Shown here: piece after piece, positions 1 through 8,006 of the stretch | Numbering within the stretch: position 1 is the first letter of the stretch | How the letters are laid out: each line of letters starts with the position of its first letter | Assembly (NCBI RefSeq): GCF_001458695.1 | Contig: NZ_LN885086.1 | Coordinates: 2,340,001-2,372,000 of the forward strand | Origin: Candidatus Nitrospira inopinata | Lineage (GTDB): Bacteria > Nitrospirota > Nitrospiria > Nitrospirales > Nitrospiraceae | DNA length: 32,000 bases | Direction: 5' to 3' | Notes under the pieces: generated by a model | What the model was told of the DNA's origin: nothing | Databases searched by the model: none | What the model saw: the letters and a program-made list of their open reading frames with translations, nothing else | Position numbers and translations under genes: made by a program

Positions 1-85
1 ATCCCCTTCCGGCAAGATTTTGCGACATCGCTTGCGCGAAATCGGTGTCGCGGCGGCCGGAGCGGCGGTCCCGGCTTCTTCATAG
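1..85 (+). CDS. 3' end of an ANL-superfamily adenylate-forming (acyl-CoA/AMP) ligase gene; start lies outside the window
   Basis: Frame 2 reads ...SPSGKILRHRLREIGVAAAGAAVPASS followed by TAG at 83-85. SGKIxRxxLR matches the conserved C-terminal catalytic-lysine (A10) motif of adenylate-forming ligases. Only 27 codons are visible, so this is a family-level call only. Confidence 0.5.
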   Translation, partial: SPSGKILRHRLREIGVAAAGAAVPASS

Positions 86-169
86 GCCGCCATCATTCAC
101 CTATCCGGCGGTAGCTTAAAAAAACGACGCGCTGTAATTCAGTTGGATACCCTACTAGGGAGAAACAAT

Positions 170-1171
170 ATGGGAGAAAACAGGAATAAGTTCTCGCCCG
201 ATCATCTGCGGCTTGATGCAAAGGCCGAGGTCGAACGAATTGTCTCCTTCATCAGGGACACCGTGTTTACACGGCTCAAACGAAAGGGGATAGTCGTCGG
301 CCTATCCGGAGGCATCGACAGCAGCACGGTCGTCGCCCTCGCCGTCCGCGCGTTGGGAGCCGATCGGGTGATCGGGTTGTTCATGCCGGAGTCCGATTCC
401 TCGGATGACAGTTTGCGCTTGGGGCAATTGCTGGCGAAGGAGCTGGGGATCAAAACGTTCACCGAAGACATCTCCGGCATTCTTCGGGGAGCCGATTGTT
501 ACCGCAGGCGTGATGAAGCGATTCGCACCGTGGTGCCGGAGTATCATTCCGGCTACAAGTCCAAGCTGGTGCTCTCCCCGCTCGACAGTTCCGAGTTTCG
601 CATCTCCTACGTCGTGGTGCAGCCCCCGGAGGGCGAGCAGCGCAAGATCCGTCTGACAGCCGAGGCATTTTTGGCGCTGGTTGCCGCGACAAACTTTAAG
701 CAGCGTACCAGGAAGATGATGGAGTATTACTATGCCGATCGCTTTCTGTACGCTGTTGCGGGGACGCCGAATCGGTTGGAGTACGATCTTGGGTTTTTTG
801 TCAAAAACGGGGACGGCTCGGCCGATATCAAGCCAATCGCGCACCTGTACAAATCGCAAGTCTATCAACTCGCTGGGTATCTCGGCGTGCCGCAGGAGAT
901 TTTGAATCGTCCCCCCACCACCGACACGTACTCGCTGCCCCAGTCGCAGGAAGAATTCTATTTCTCTCTCCCGTACGACAAGATGGACCTTTGTCTGTAC
1001 GGCAAGACCCATCGATTGCCTGCTTCGGAGGTCGCCGAGGCGCTTGGAATGAGCGAAGCTCAGGTCGAACGGGTGTATCGCGATATCGACGCCAAGCGAG
1101 CCGTCGCCCGTTACCTTCACATGGAGCCGTTGCTCATCGAACCGATCAAGGAAGCGGTCGTCGATTTTTAA
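170..1171 (+). CDS. nadE: NadE-family PP-loop ATP pyrophosphatase (NH3-dependent NAD+ synthetase-like amidoligase)
   Basis: The track ORF is 143-1171 and begins at a TTG. The ATG at 170 is preceded by GGGAGA at 158-163 and is the likelier start. PP-loop SGGIDSS lies at 305-325. NadE-type blocks follow: KQRTRKMMEYYYA, GTPNRLEYDLGFFVKNGDGSADIKPI, LYKSQVYQLAGYLGVP, PPTTD. There is extra sequence between the PP-loop region and the KxRxR block compared with the short NadE proteins I remember. Confidence 0.75.
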   Translation: MGENRNKFSPDHLRLDAKAEVERIVSFIRDTVFTRLKRKGIVVGLSGGIDSSTVVALAVRALGADRVIGLFMPESDSSDDSLRLGQLLAKELGIKTFTEDISGILRGADCYRRRDEAIRTVVPEYHSGYKSKLVLSPLDSSEFRISYVVVQPPEGEQRKIRLTAEAFLALVAATNFKQRTRKMMEYYYADRFLYAVAGTPNRLEYDLGFFVKNGDGSADIKPIAHLYKSQVYQLAGYLGVPQEILNRPPTTDTYSLPQSQEEFYFSLPYDKMDLCLYGKTHRLPASEVAEALGMSEAQVERVYRDIDAKRAVARYLHMEPLLIEPIKEAVVDF

Positions 1172-1184
1172 AGTTCTCTCCTCC

Positions 1185-2726
1185 ATGAAACCCGCAACCT
1201 GTTCTTTGCCGGCGATGGATTGGACTGTCCCCGATCGGCGAGTCCTGATGCTTGGTTGTGTTCTGGCCGCCGCGTTCCTTTTTTGCTACATAGACGTGCT
1301 GATCGGAATGGGCAGGCAGTGGTGGAACATCTCTTTTTATTCCTACGCTTTTTTGATTCCCGGCATCAGCGCCTATCTCGTGTGGGTCAGGCGGGATCAA
1401 CTGTGGGCGGTACAGCCGGAGCCGGCCTATGTGACCGGGACGGTCATTACCGCCGCCGGCTTGTCGGCGTTGATAGTCGGTCGCGCGGCCGGCATTCAGA
1501 CCGTGCAGCAGATGTCGTTGCTGATCACCGTTCCCGGTGTCGTGTTGTTTCTTTTCGGGTGGCGAGTCCTCAAAGTGCTTGGCCTGCCGATTGCGTTTTT
1601 AGGATTTATGATTCCCGTGTGGGACGCCGTCACCGAACCGCTCCATTTACCCTTTCAACGCCTCTCGGCCGACCTTGGCGTGCGGCTGCTGAACCTGTTC
1701 GGGATTCCGGTCTATCAGAACGGCGTGTTCATCTACCTTCCGAATATCACGCTGGAAGTCGCCAAATCGTGCAGCGGTGTCAACTATTTGATCGCGGTGT
1801 TGGCCACGTCGATTCCACTGGCGACCATTGTGCTTCATAGTGTCTGGAAGCGGATAGGCCTTGTCGTATTAGCGGTGACGGTTTCCGCCCTGGCCAACAG
1901 TTTACGTGTCGCGTTGATCGGGATGTTGGCCTATTACGATGTGAGCGGCGATCTTCATGGTCCGTACCACACGTTACACGGCATATTTACCTCGATGGTC
2001 GGCTATGTGGTCATTTTCGTGGGGCTCTGGGTGTTGTCTCGCGGGCAGAAGCCTGCTCTGCGGGTGGCCGCGCAGGGTTCGTGGAAGCTGGAATGGCCTC
2101 GCGTGCGGATCGCTTGGGTAGTGTTAGCGGCGCTGTTGGTTCTCGTTGGAGTGTCCGGATATGTCGATCGGTCGCAACCTGTTGTCCTGGCGTCGCACGG
2201 GAACGATGTATCACTGGTCGATGTCGGATGGATAGGGATTGAAGTGCCGGTGAGCGACATGGTGCCGGGCGCCGATCAGAAATGGTCGTGGGCCTATCGG
2301 GCCCGCTCCGGAGAGGATGTCAGGTTGTCGCTCTGGTATTTCGCATCTCAATCCCAAGGGAAAGAATTGATCCATGCCGAGACGTCCACTCTTCACAGTG
2401 GTGCGACTACCGTCAAGCTAAGCCTTGATGGACAGAATACGATCGAGGTCAATCGGCGAATCTTTTCCGAAGGTGGAAAACGGCAAGCGGCCGTGTTTTG
2501 GTACGATCTCAACGGCCGACTGTTGACCAGCCCTCTTGCAGTCAAGCTCTACACGGCGCTTGACGGGATGACCCACAGTCGGACGAGCGGCGCGTTGGTC
2601 TGGGTGTCAACGGATCTGCCTTCCGCTGGAGAAGAGGGCGTGGAACAAGCGACCACTCGTTTGGAAACGTTTGTCGCGCAAGCCTTCCCTCGGCTTACCC
2701 GGTTTCTTTCCGGTTCCACGCCGTAA
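1185..2726 (+). CDS. Exosortase (EpsH/Xrt family polytopic transpeptidase) fused to a C-terminal EpsI-family domain
   Basis: 513 aa with a multi-TM N-terminal half. It carries the exosortase signature residues: Cys in ITLEVAKSCSGVNYL (codon 1770-1772), Arg in ALANSLRVALIG (1905-1907) and His in YHTLHG (1968-1979). The C-terminal ~210 aa (about 2080-2726) starts with a TM (IAWVVLAALLVLVGV). It contains EpsI-like segments LWYFASQSQGKELIH and AVFWYDLNGRLLTS. Confidence 0.85.
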   Translation: MKPATCSLPAMDWTVPDRRVLMLGCVLAAAFLFCYIDVLIGMGRQWWNISFYSYAFLIPGISAYLVWVRRDQLWAVQPEPAYVTGTVITAAGLSALIVGRAAGIQTVQQMSLLITVPGVVLFLFGWRVLKVLGLPIAFLGFMIPVWDAVTEPLHLPFQRLSADLGVRLLNLFGIPVYQNGVFIYLPNITLEVAKSCSGVNYLIAVLATSIPLATIVLHSVWKRIGLVVLAVTVSALANSLRVALIGMLAYYDVSGDLHGPYHTLHGIFTSMVGYVVIFVGLWVLSRGQKPALRVAAQGSWKLEWPRVRIAWVVLAALLVLVGVSGYVDRSQPVVLASHGNDVSLVDVGWIGIEVPVSDMVPGADQKWSWAYRARSGEDVRLSLWYFASQSQGKELIHAETSTLHSGATTVKLSLDGQNTIEVNRRIFSEGGKRQAAVFWYDLNGRLLTSPLAVKLYTALDGMTHSRTSGALVWVSTDLPSAGEEGVEQATTRLETFVAQAFPRLTRFLSGSTP

Positions 2727-2769
2727 TGTAACCACGTTCGACAAGTTGGAAGGAATACAGGCGGCGGCC

Positions 2770-3495
2770 ATGGCGCAAGTTCCCTGGGATCGATTGTCGC
2801 GCAAGCGGATCTGTTTTGGCCACCAGTCTGTTGGAAAAAACCTGATTGATGGGTTCCAAGGCCACGACCAAGCGCGTCTTCACGTTGTCGAAAGCGTAAA
2901 TCCTGAAACATTTCGGCTTCCGGTTTTTGCTCATTTTCGAGTCGGACAAAATCGGGATCCCCTGTCGAAATTTCAGCACTTTGAATCAGTCATGACGTCC
3001 GGCGTGGGAGAGTCGGTTGACGTGGCGTTCTTTAAATTGTGTTACGTGGACATCACGGCCCACACCGATGTTGGGAATCTGTTCAATGCGTATCGCCGCA
3101 TGATGGACGATCTTGCCCTGACCTATCCGGCTGTCACGTTTCTCCATGTCACCGTGCCGTTGAGACGCCTTGAGAGCGGGGTGCTCCAATGGATCAAGGC
3201 GCAGTGGCGAGGAGACGACCGGGAACGCCTTGCGCAAGTCAAACGCCACGCGTACAACGAACTCTTGCGCGCCACCTATGGGCCGTCAGGCCGGTTGTTC
3301 GACTTGGCGGCTGCGGAGGCGACGTATCCGGATGGACGGGCCTCGGTTATTCGGCATGAGGGAGAGACCCTCCCCAACCTTGTCTCCGACTATACGGATG
3401 ACGGCGGCCATTTAAATGGAAGGGCCGCGGAGCGCATCGTGACTCGGCTGCTGGCTTGTATTGGATCGATTGAAGAAGCCGTGCGTGATCAATAA
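2770..3495 (+). CDS. SGNH/GDSL-like hydrolase-fold protein with an atypical block I; function unknown (possible O-acyl esterase/transferase)
   Basis: The track ORF starts at a TTG (2671) that would overlap the exosortase by 56 nt. The ATG at 2770 with GGAAGGAA about 13 nt upstream is preferred. Block-I-like ICFGHQSVG has GHQS at 2818-2829 where GDS is expected. Block-V-like DDGGHLNGRAAE has its His codon at 3409-3411. No signal peptide or TM is seen. This is a weak, motif-only call. Confidence 0.4.
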   Translation: MAQVPWDRLSRKRICFGHQSVGKNLIDGFQGHDQARLHVVESVNPETFRLPVFAHFRVGQNRDPLSKFQHFESVMTSGVGESVDVAFFKLCYVDITAHTDVGNLFNAYRRMMDDLALTYPAVTFLHVTVPLRRLESGVLQWIKAQWRGDDRERLAQVKRHAYNELLRATYGPSGRLFDLAAAEATYPDGRASVIRHEGETLPNLVSDYTDDGGHLNGRAAERIVTRLLACIGSIEEAVRDQ

Positions 3496-3521
3496 GAGAT
3501 CAGGAAGAGGGCGGGGCGGCC

Positions 3522-4553
3522 ATGATACAGATCGTATATTGTGACGATGGTCACGAGCAGGCTTGGGATGAGTACGTCGGCCGTCATGAGCAGGGATCGT
3601 TCTATCATTTGTTTGGGTGGAAACGGATCAATGAGTCGGCTTTTGGACATCAAACATTCTATCTGGCAGCAATGGAGGATGGGCAAATCAAGGGGGTGTT
3701 CCCCCTCGTTTATTTGAAGACCAGGCTGTTCGGAAAGATTCTCTGTTCGCTGCCATTTGTCAATTATGGCGGCCCCTGTGCGGATGATCCCTCTATTGAT
3801 CGATTGTTGATCGAAGAAGCCAGGTCCATTGTTCAACAGCACGGTATCAAATACCTGGAGATCCGCGGGATACGAAAATTGGGCGGTGATTTGCCGACCT
3901 CGGAGCACAAGGTCAGTGTCACCATCATGTTGGATCCAAACCCCGATGCCCTGTGGAATGCGTTCAAAACCGGACACCGCAACAATATCCGCCGTGCTTA
4001 CAAGAGAGGATTAACGGTCCGAGGAGGCGGTGTCGAACTGCTCGATACGTTCTACGATATCTTGAGCGTAAGCTGGAGAAATTTGGGGACGCCGTTGTAT
4101 CGGAAAGAATACTTTGCGCGTTTGATGAAGGCATTTCCGAGCGAGACCAAGATCTTCGTGTTGGATCATCACGGCGTTCCGGTCTCTGCGGCGTTGAACG
4201 GCCATTTTCGAGGAGTGGTCGAAGGCATGTGGTTGGGAGCCCTTCCCAAGGCTCGCGAGGTGGAGTCGAGCTATGTTCTCTATTGGGAGATGATCAAAGA
4301 CGCCTGCGAACGAGGCTATCAACTGTATCATCTTGGCCGATCCACGGCGGATTCCGGCGGCGAGGCGTTCAAGAAAAAATGGAATGCGTTTCCCACTCAG
4401 CTCTACTGGCAGTACGTCGTCAGGAACGGAGCGCCGATTCCCCAACTGAATGTCGGCAATCCAAAATTTCAGTTGGCCATCAACCTGTGGAAAATGCTGC
4501 CCCTGTCGATCGCCAAGGCCATAGGGCCTCTGGTGGCAAAGGGGATTCCCTGA
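3522..4553 (+). CDS. FemAB-family (GNAT-fold, aminoacyl-transferase-like) protein of the PEP-CTERM-locus-associated type
   Basis: 343 aa. Segments FYHLFGWKRINESAFGH, FPLVYLKTRLFGKILCSLPFVNYGGP and YQLYHLGRSTADSGGEAFKKKWNA resemble the FemAB-related proteins recurrently found in exosortase loci. This is recollection and was not searched. Confidence 0.7.
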   Translation: MIQIVYCDDGHEQAWDEYVGRHEQGSFYHLFGWKRINESAFGHQTFYLAAMEDGQIKGVFPLVYLKTRLFGKILCSLPFVNYGGPCADDPSIDRLLIEEARSIVQQHGIKYLEIRGIRKLGGDLPTSEHKVSVTIMLDPNPDALWNAFKTGHRNNIRRAYKRGLTVRGGGVELLDTFYDILSVSWRNLGTPLYRKEYFARLMKAFPSETKIFVLDHHGVPVSAALNGHFRGVVEGMWLGALPKAREVESSYVLYWEMIKDACERGYQLYHLGRSTADSGGEAFKKKWNAFPTQLYWQYVVRNGAPIPQLNVGNPKFQLAINLWKMLPLSIAKAIGPLVAKGIP

Positions 4554-4604
4554 GCCGGTTGCATACTCCCTATCGTTGATTCTTGCGTCGTAGCGGAAAC
4601 GATC

Positions 4605-5822
4605 ATGGCCGCCAGATTTCGATTCGTTCCACCGGCCGGCACGCCGGTCAGTTTCTCCGATGTGGCGGGCAGCATCGGGACCGCGCTTGTCCATGAAGAT
4701 TCGATGGAACGGTTTAAGACCGAACTTTGCGCGAGGGTGGGGGTCCGGCATTGTGAGTTCGTCTCGACCGGTCGGGCCGCGCTCACCCTGGCTTTGCTTG
4801 CGCTCAAGGAATTAGACGGCGGAAGGCGGCAAGAAGTCCTTATTCCGTCCTATACCTGTTTTTCGGTGCCGTCTTCCGTCGTCAAGGCCGGATTACGGGT
4901 CAGGTTGGCGGATGTGAATCCGGAGACGCTCGACTTTCTCCCGGAAAGTTTGGATCGGATCGATGGAAAACGTGTCTTGGCGGTCGTGGCCACCAATTTA
5001 TATGGTATGCCCAACGACATGGAATTCTTGAGACGACTGACTCAAGATCGCGGCGTGTATTTGGTTGATGATGCAGCCCAATGTCTGGGCGGATCGGTCT
5101 TGGGACGACAGTCCGGCACGTGGGGCGATGTGGGGCTCTATAGTTTCGACAAGGGCAAGAATGTCACATCGATCGATGGCGGAGTGTTGGTCACGAATTC
5201 CGATCGAATTGCGGCGGCAATCTCCGCGCGGGCGAGGGGGCTACGGGATAGTACGATGGGCGAATCGGTGTCCCATGTGGTCAAACTGCTGATATATGCT
5301 TCTTTTCTGCATCCTCGAAGGTACTGGATTCCCAATTCGCTCCCGTTTTTGGGATTGGGCACGACGGCCTATCGGACGGATTATCCGCTGGCTCAGTATG
5401 ACAAGTGGATGGCGCCGCTTGGCCGGCGGTTGTTCGCGCGGTTGGATACCATTGCCGCTCAGCGGCGCACCGCAGCCGAGCGGTATGCCAAGCGATTGCC
5501 GTGGGGGAGCCTTCTCCGTCCCATAGTCCCGAGGCCGACGGCGGTGCCGGCGTATCTACGATATCCGGTCTTGGTTGCTCCTGAATGCCGAGACAGGGTG
5601 ATGGAATCGCTCCGGCAAAAGGGAATTGGAGCGACCGCCTCTTACCCGTCGGCTATCAACGACATTCCTCAGCTGCAAAGCCTGTTGCAATTGGAAGATC
5701 AGACAATCTCCGGGGGGCGGGATCTTGCCAAGCAAATCCTCACCCTTCCCACTCATGGTTACGTGACAGAAGAAGATCAAAATCGAATCGCGGCGATAAT
5801 AGGCGAAACCCTGGGCCGCTAG
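4605..5822 (+). CDS. DegT/DnrJ/EryC1/StrS-family PLP-dependent sugar aminotransferase
   Basis: STGRAALTLALLAL...EVLIPSYTCFSVPSSVVKAGLRVRLADV...LVDDAAQCLG...GDVGLYSFDKGKNVTSIDGGVLVTN. This is the typical fold-type I sugar aminotransferase layout, with the Schiff-base Lys in SFDKGK. Confidence 0.85.
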   Translation: MAARFRFVPPAGTPVSFSDVAGSIGTALVHEDSMERFKTELCARVGVRHCEFVSTGRAALTLALLALKELDGGRRQEVLIPSYTCFSVPSSVVKAGLRVRLADVNPETLDFLPESLDRIDGKRVLAVVATNLYGMPNDMEFLRRLTQDRGVYLVDDAAQCLGGSVLGRQSGTWGDVGLYSFDKGKNVTSIDGGVLVTNSDRIAAAISARARGLRDSTMGESVSHVVKLLIYASFLHPRRYWIPNSLPFLGLGTTAYRTDYPLAQYDKWMAPLGRRLFARLDTIAAQRRTAAERYAKRLPWGSLLRPIVPRPTAVPAYLRYPVLVAPECRDRVMESLRQKGIGATASYPSAINDIPQLQSLLQLEDQTISGGRDLAKQILTLPTHGYVTEEDQNRIAAIIGETLGR

Positions 5823-5843
5823 TCACGCGACGCCATCTTCCCA

Positions 5844-6962
5844 ATGTTTTCCGGGAACATTTTTTCTTCGATCGAGAGCGTTGGACTCGACGCTCGTGGC
5901 TGGAACGCCTTGGCGATCAAAAGTCCAACCCGAACGATCTTTCAAACGTACCAATGGCTTTGGAGTTGGGAAAAGACGTTCAAGGACCGATGCGAGCCGC
6001 TGTACATCGTAGTTGATTCCCCGGATGGATCGGGCATCGAGGCGGTGGCTCCGTTGATGATCACGAAAGAGTTTCCGGGCCAACGGGCCATCAAATTTGT
6101 GGGCGATGGCAAGGCCGACTATTGCGACCTGGTGTGTGTGGATGGCCGTCTGGATCTGCTGGAGAAGCTCTTCGACCAGCTCTTTGCGGTGAGGGAGCGA
6201 TGGGATTGTATTCAGTTGAATAGCATTCCGGCGGAATCGCCGACTGTTGCGGGGATTCAGCATCTCTGCCGTCGATACGGCTGCCGCATGTTCCAACGCA
6301 ATCTCTATTCTAGTCCCACCTTGCTGATCAAGGGGCAGGAAGAGGAAGCGTTGAAGGTATTCAATAAGTACAGTTTGCGCCGCCGGCAGAATTATTTTCA
6401 GCGCCAGGGCCGCCTCACCTTCAAAACGGTGCAGGGACCGGAAGTGATGTCTTATCTGGATGGTTTCTTCTCGCAACACATCGCCCGCTGGGCCAACACC
6501 GGGAGTCCCAGTCTGTTTCTTGACGAGAAGAATCGATCATTCTACCAGGAATTAGCGCAGGCTCTGTGTGGAACGGATTGGCTTGTGTTGTCGATTGTGA
6601 AGCTGGATGGGCGGCCGTTGGCGATGCACATTGGGTTCGACTATGAAGGAAAGCTGTTATGGTACAAACCCTGCTTTGATCCAGCCTATGCCAAACATTC
6701 TCCGGGGCTGGTCTTGCTCCGCTACTTGATCGGTTATGCAATTGAGCAAAAACGGGATGAGTTCGACTTCTCGATAGGCGACGAGCCGTTCAAGCAGCGG
6801 TTCTGCAATCATGTGCGCACGACCGTTCAGGTTCAGGTTTTTAAGGACAGCTTCACCTATGCCCTTGCTAAAACGAGGCAAAAACTGGGTTCGATAAAAA
6901 GAGCGCTGCACGGAAAAAACGAGGAAAACCGATCGTGCAAGTTCGTGACCCTGTCGATGTGA
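5844..6962 (+). CDS. CelD/BioF2-like GNAT acyltransferase (FemAB-like fold, Acetyltransf_6-type), paralog 1
   Basis: 372 aa. N-terminal W..L......IFQTYQWLWSWEKTF and C-terminal DEFDFSIGDEPFKQRF are characteristic of CelD-like GNAT proteins in polysaccharide loci. Confidence 0.7.
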   Translation: MFSGNIFSSIESVGLDARGWNALAIKSPTRTIFQTYQWLWSWEKTFKDRCEPLYIVVDSPDGSGIEAVAPLMITKEFPGQRAIKFVGDGKADYCDLVCVDGRLDLLEKLFDQLFAVRERWDCIQLNSIPAESPTVAGIQHLCRRYGCRMFQRNLYSSPTLLIKGQEEEALKVFNKYSLRRRQNYFQRQGRLTFKTVQGPEVMSYLDGFFSQHIARWANTGSPSLFLDEKNRSFYQELAQALCGTDWLVLSIVKLDGRPLAMHIGFDYEGKLLWYKPCFDPAYAKHSPGLVLLRYLIGYAIEQKRDEFDFSIGDEPFKQRFCNHVRTTVQVQVFKDSFTYALAKTRQKLGSIKRALHGKNEENRSCKFVTLSM

Positions 6963-7978
6963 GCGTCATCATTCCGACGTACAATCGCGCCCACTTGGTG
7001 GCCGAGGCGATCGAGAGTGTGCTGCGCCAGACGAGGCCTCCCAGGGAAATTATCGTTGTCGATGACGGATCGACGGATGACACGAAACAGGTGTTGGCTT
7101 CGTTCGGCGATCGGATTACGGCTATTCATCAGGACAACAAGGGGGTAGGAGGGGCGCGTAACAGGGCTTTGGAGGCGGCTCAGGGGCAGTACCTTGCTTT
7201 CTTGGACTCCGATGACCTCTGGATGGAACGAAAATTAGAATGGCAAGTTGCCATCATGGAACAATTCCCCAATTTGGGATTTCTATTCTCAGACTTTGTG
7301 ATCACAGGCAATAAAAGCAAGGTGATACCCAAAGGGCTGAGCACCTGGTTTCACGAACCTCTCCAGTGGGACAAGGTGTTTGAGGAAACGGCTATGGTCC
7401 TGGTGCCCTGTGCGGCTCGCGAAGAACCGGTTGCCCTGTACTCGGGGCGTCTGTACCATGCGTTGCTCGCCAAGCCCTATATTCTTCCTAGTTGCGCGAT
7501 TGTGCGGGCTGCTTGCGTCACACCAGACATTCGGTTTCCGGAGGACAATCACCATTGCTCCGATTGGGAGTTTTTTGCGCGATTGGCTCGTAGGAGCCAG
7601 ACCGGATTGATGGATGTGGAGACGACGATCAATCGAGGCGGAGACGAGTGGCCGCGATTGACCCATATGAGCACCGCGGAAAAAATCCGTTTCCACCTGC
7701 GCATGATTGAAGCAGTCTGGAAGGCAGACGACACGTTTTTTTCCGCTCACCGCGACGAGGTTGAGGAAATCGAGGCCGATCTCTGCGTGCAGTTGGCGAG
7801 ACATTGCATGATGGACTCGAAAGTGTCGGACGCTCGGGCGGCAATCAGGCGCTGGTTTGCGATCGGCAAATTTCGTCAATGGCCCATGGGAATGGCCCTT
7901 GTCGCATGCGCTTGGTTGCCCGCAAGCGGAGCGGCGCTGAGAGCCACTCGCTCGTTGATGAGAAGCGGATCCAAATAA
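6935..7978 (+). CDS. Family-2 glycosyltransferase (GT-A fold)
   Basis: GTG start at 6935 with GAGGAA at 6921-6926. It overlaps the upstream gene by 28 nt. Motifs: VSVIIPTYNRAHLVAEAIESVLRQT, EIIVVDDGSTDDT, and FLDSDD (DxD). Confidence 0.9.
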   Translation: MQVRDPVDVSVIIPTYNRAHLVAEAIESVLRQTRPPREIIVVDDGSTDDTKQVLASFGDRITAIHQDNKGVGGARNRALEAAQGQYLAFLDSDDLWMERKLEWQVAIMEQFPNLGFLFSDFVITGNKSKVIPKGLSTWFHEPLQWDKVFEETAMVLVPCAAREEPVALYSGRLYHALLAKPYILPSCAIVRAACVTPDIRFPEDNHHCSDWEFFARLARRSQTGLMDVETTINRGGDEWPRLTHMSTAEKIRFHLRMIEAVWKADDTFFSAHRDEVEEIEADLCVQLARHCMMDSKVSDARAAIRRWFAIGKFRQWPMGMALVACAWLPASGAALRATRSLMRSGSK

Positions 7979-8006
7979 CGGACGATTCTTACACGGCCAA
8001 AGGCGA

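Noticed and set aside
1-98. A minus-strand reading of the left edge, starting at ATG (complement of 96-98) and giving MMAAYEEAGTAAPAAATPISRKRCRKILPEG...
   Set aside because: The + strand frame of the same bases gives the well-known ligase A10 motif SGKILRHRLRE and a stop at 83-85. That is a much more specific match than the low-complexity minus-strand peptide.
302-1186. A 294-aa minus-strand ORF opposite the nadE-like gene.
   Set aside because: It is an antisense shadow. The + strand frame carries the PP-loop and multiple NadE blocks, and the minus-strand product has no motif and an Arg/Gly-rich composition.
1220-1840. A 206-aa alternative + frame ORF inside the exosortase gene. Similar out-of-frame or antisense ORFs occur elsewhere (3953-4579, 4011-4751, 5823-6479, 7289-8116, 24926-25423).
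   Set aside because: The translations are Arg/Ser/Gly-rich without motifs. Each is fully nested in or antisense to a gene with strong family signatures.
2671-2769. A TTG-initiated 33-codon N-terminal extension of the SGNH-like ORF, overlapping the exosortase 3' end by 56 nt.
   Set aside because: A rare start codon, no SD and a long overlap argue against it. The ATG at 2770 has a GGAAGGAA upstream and places the first catalytic-type block near the N-terminus, as is usual.
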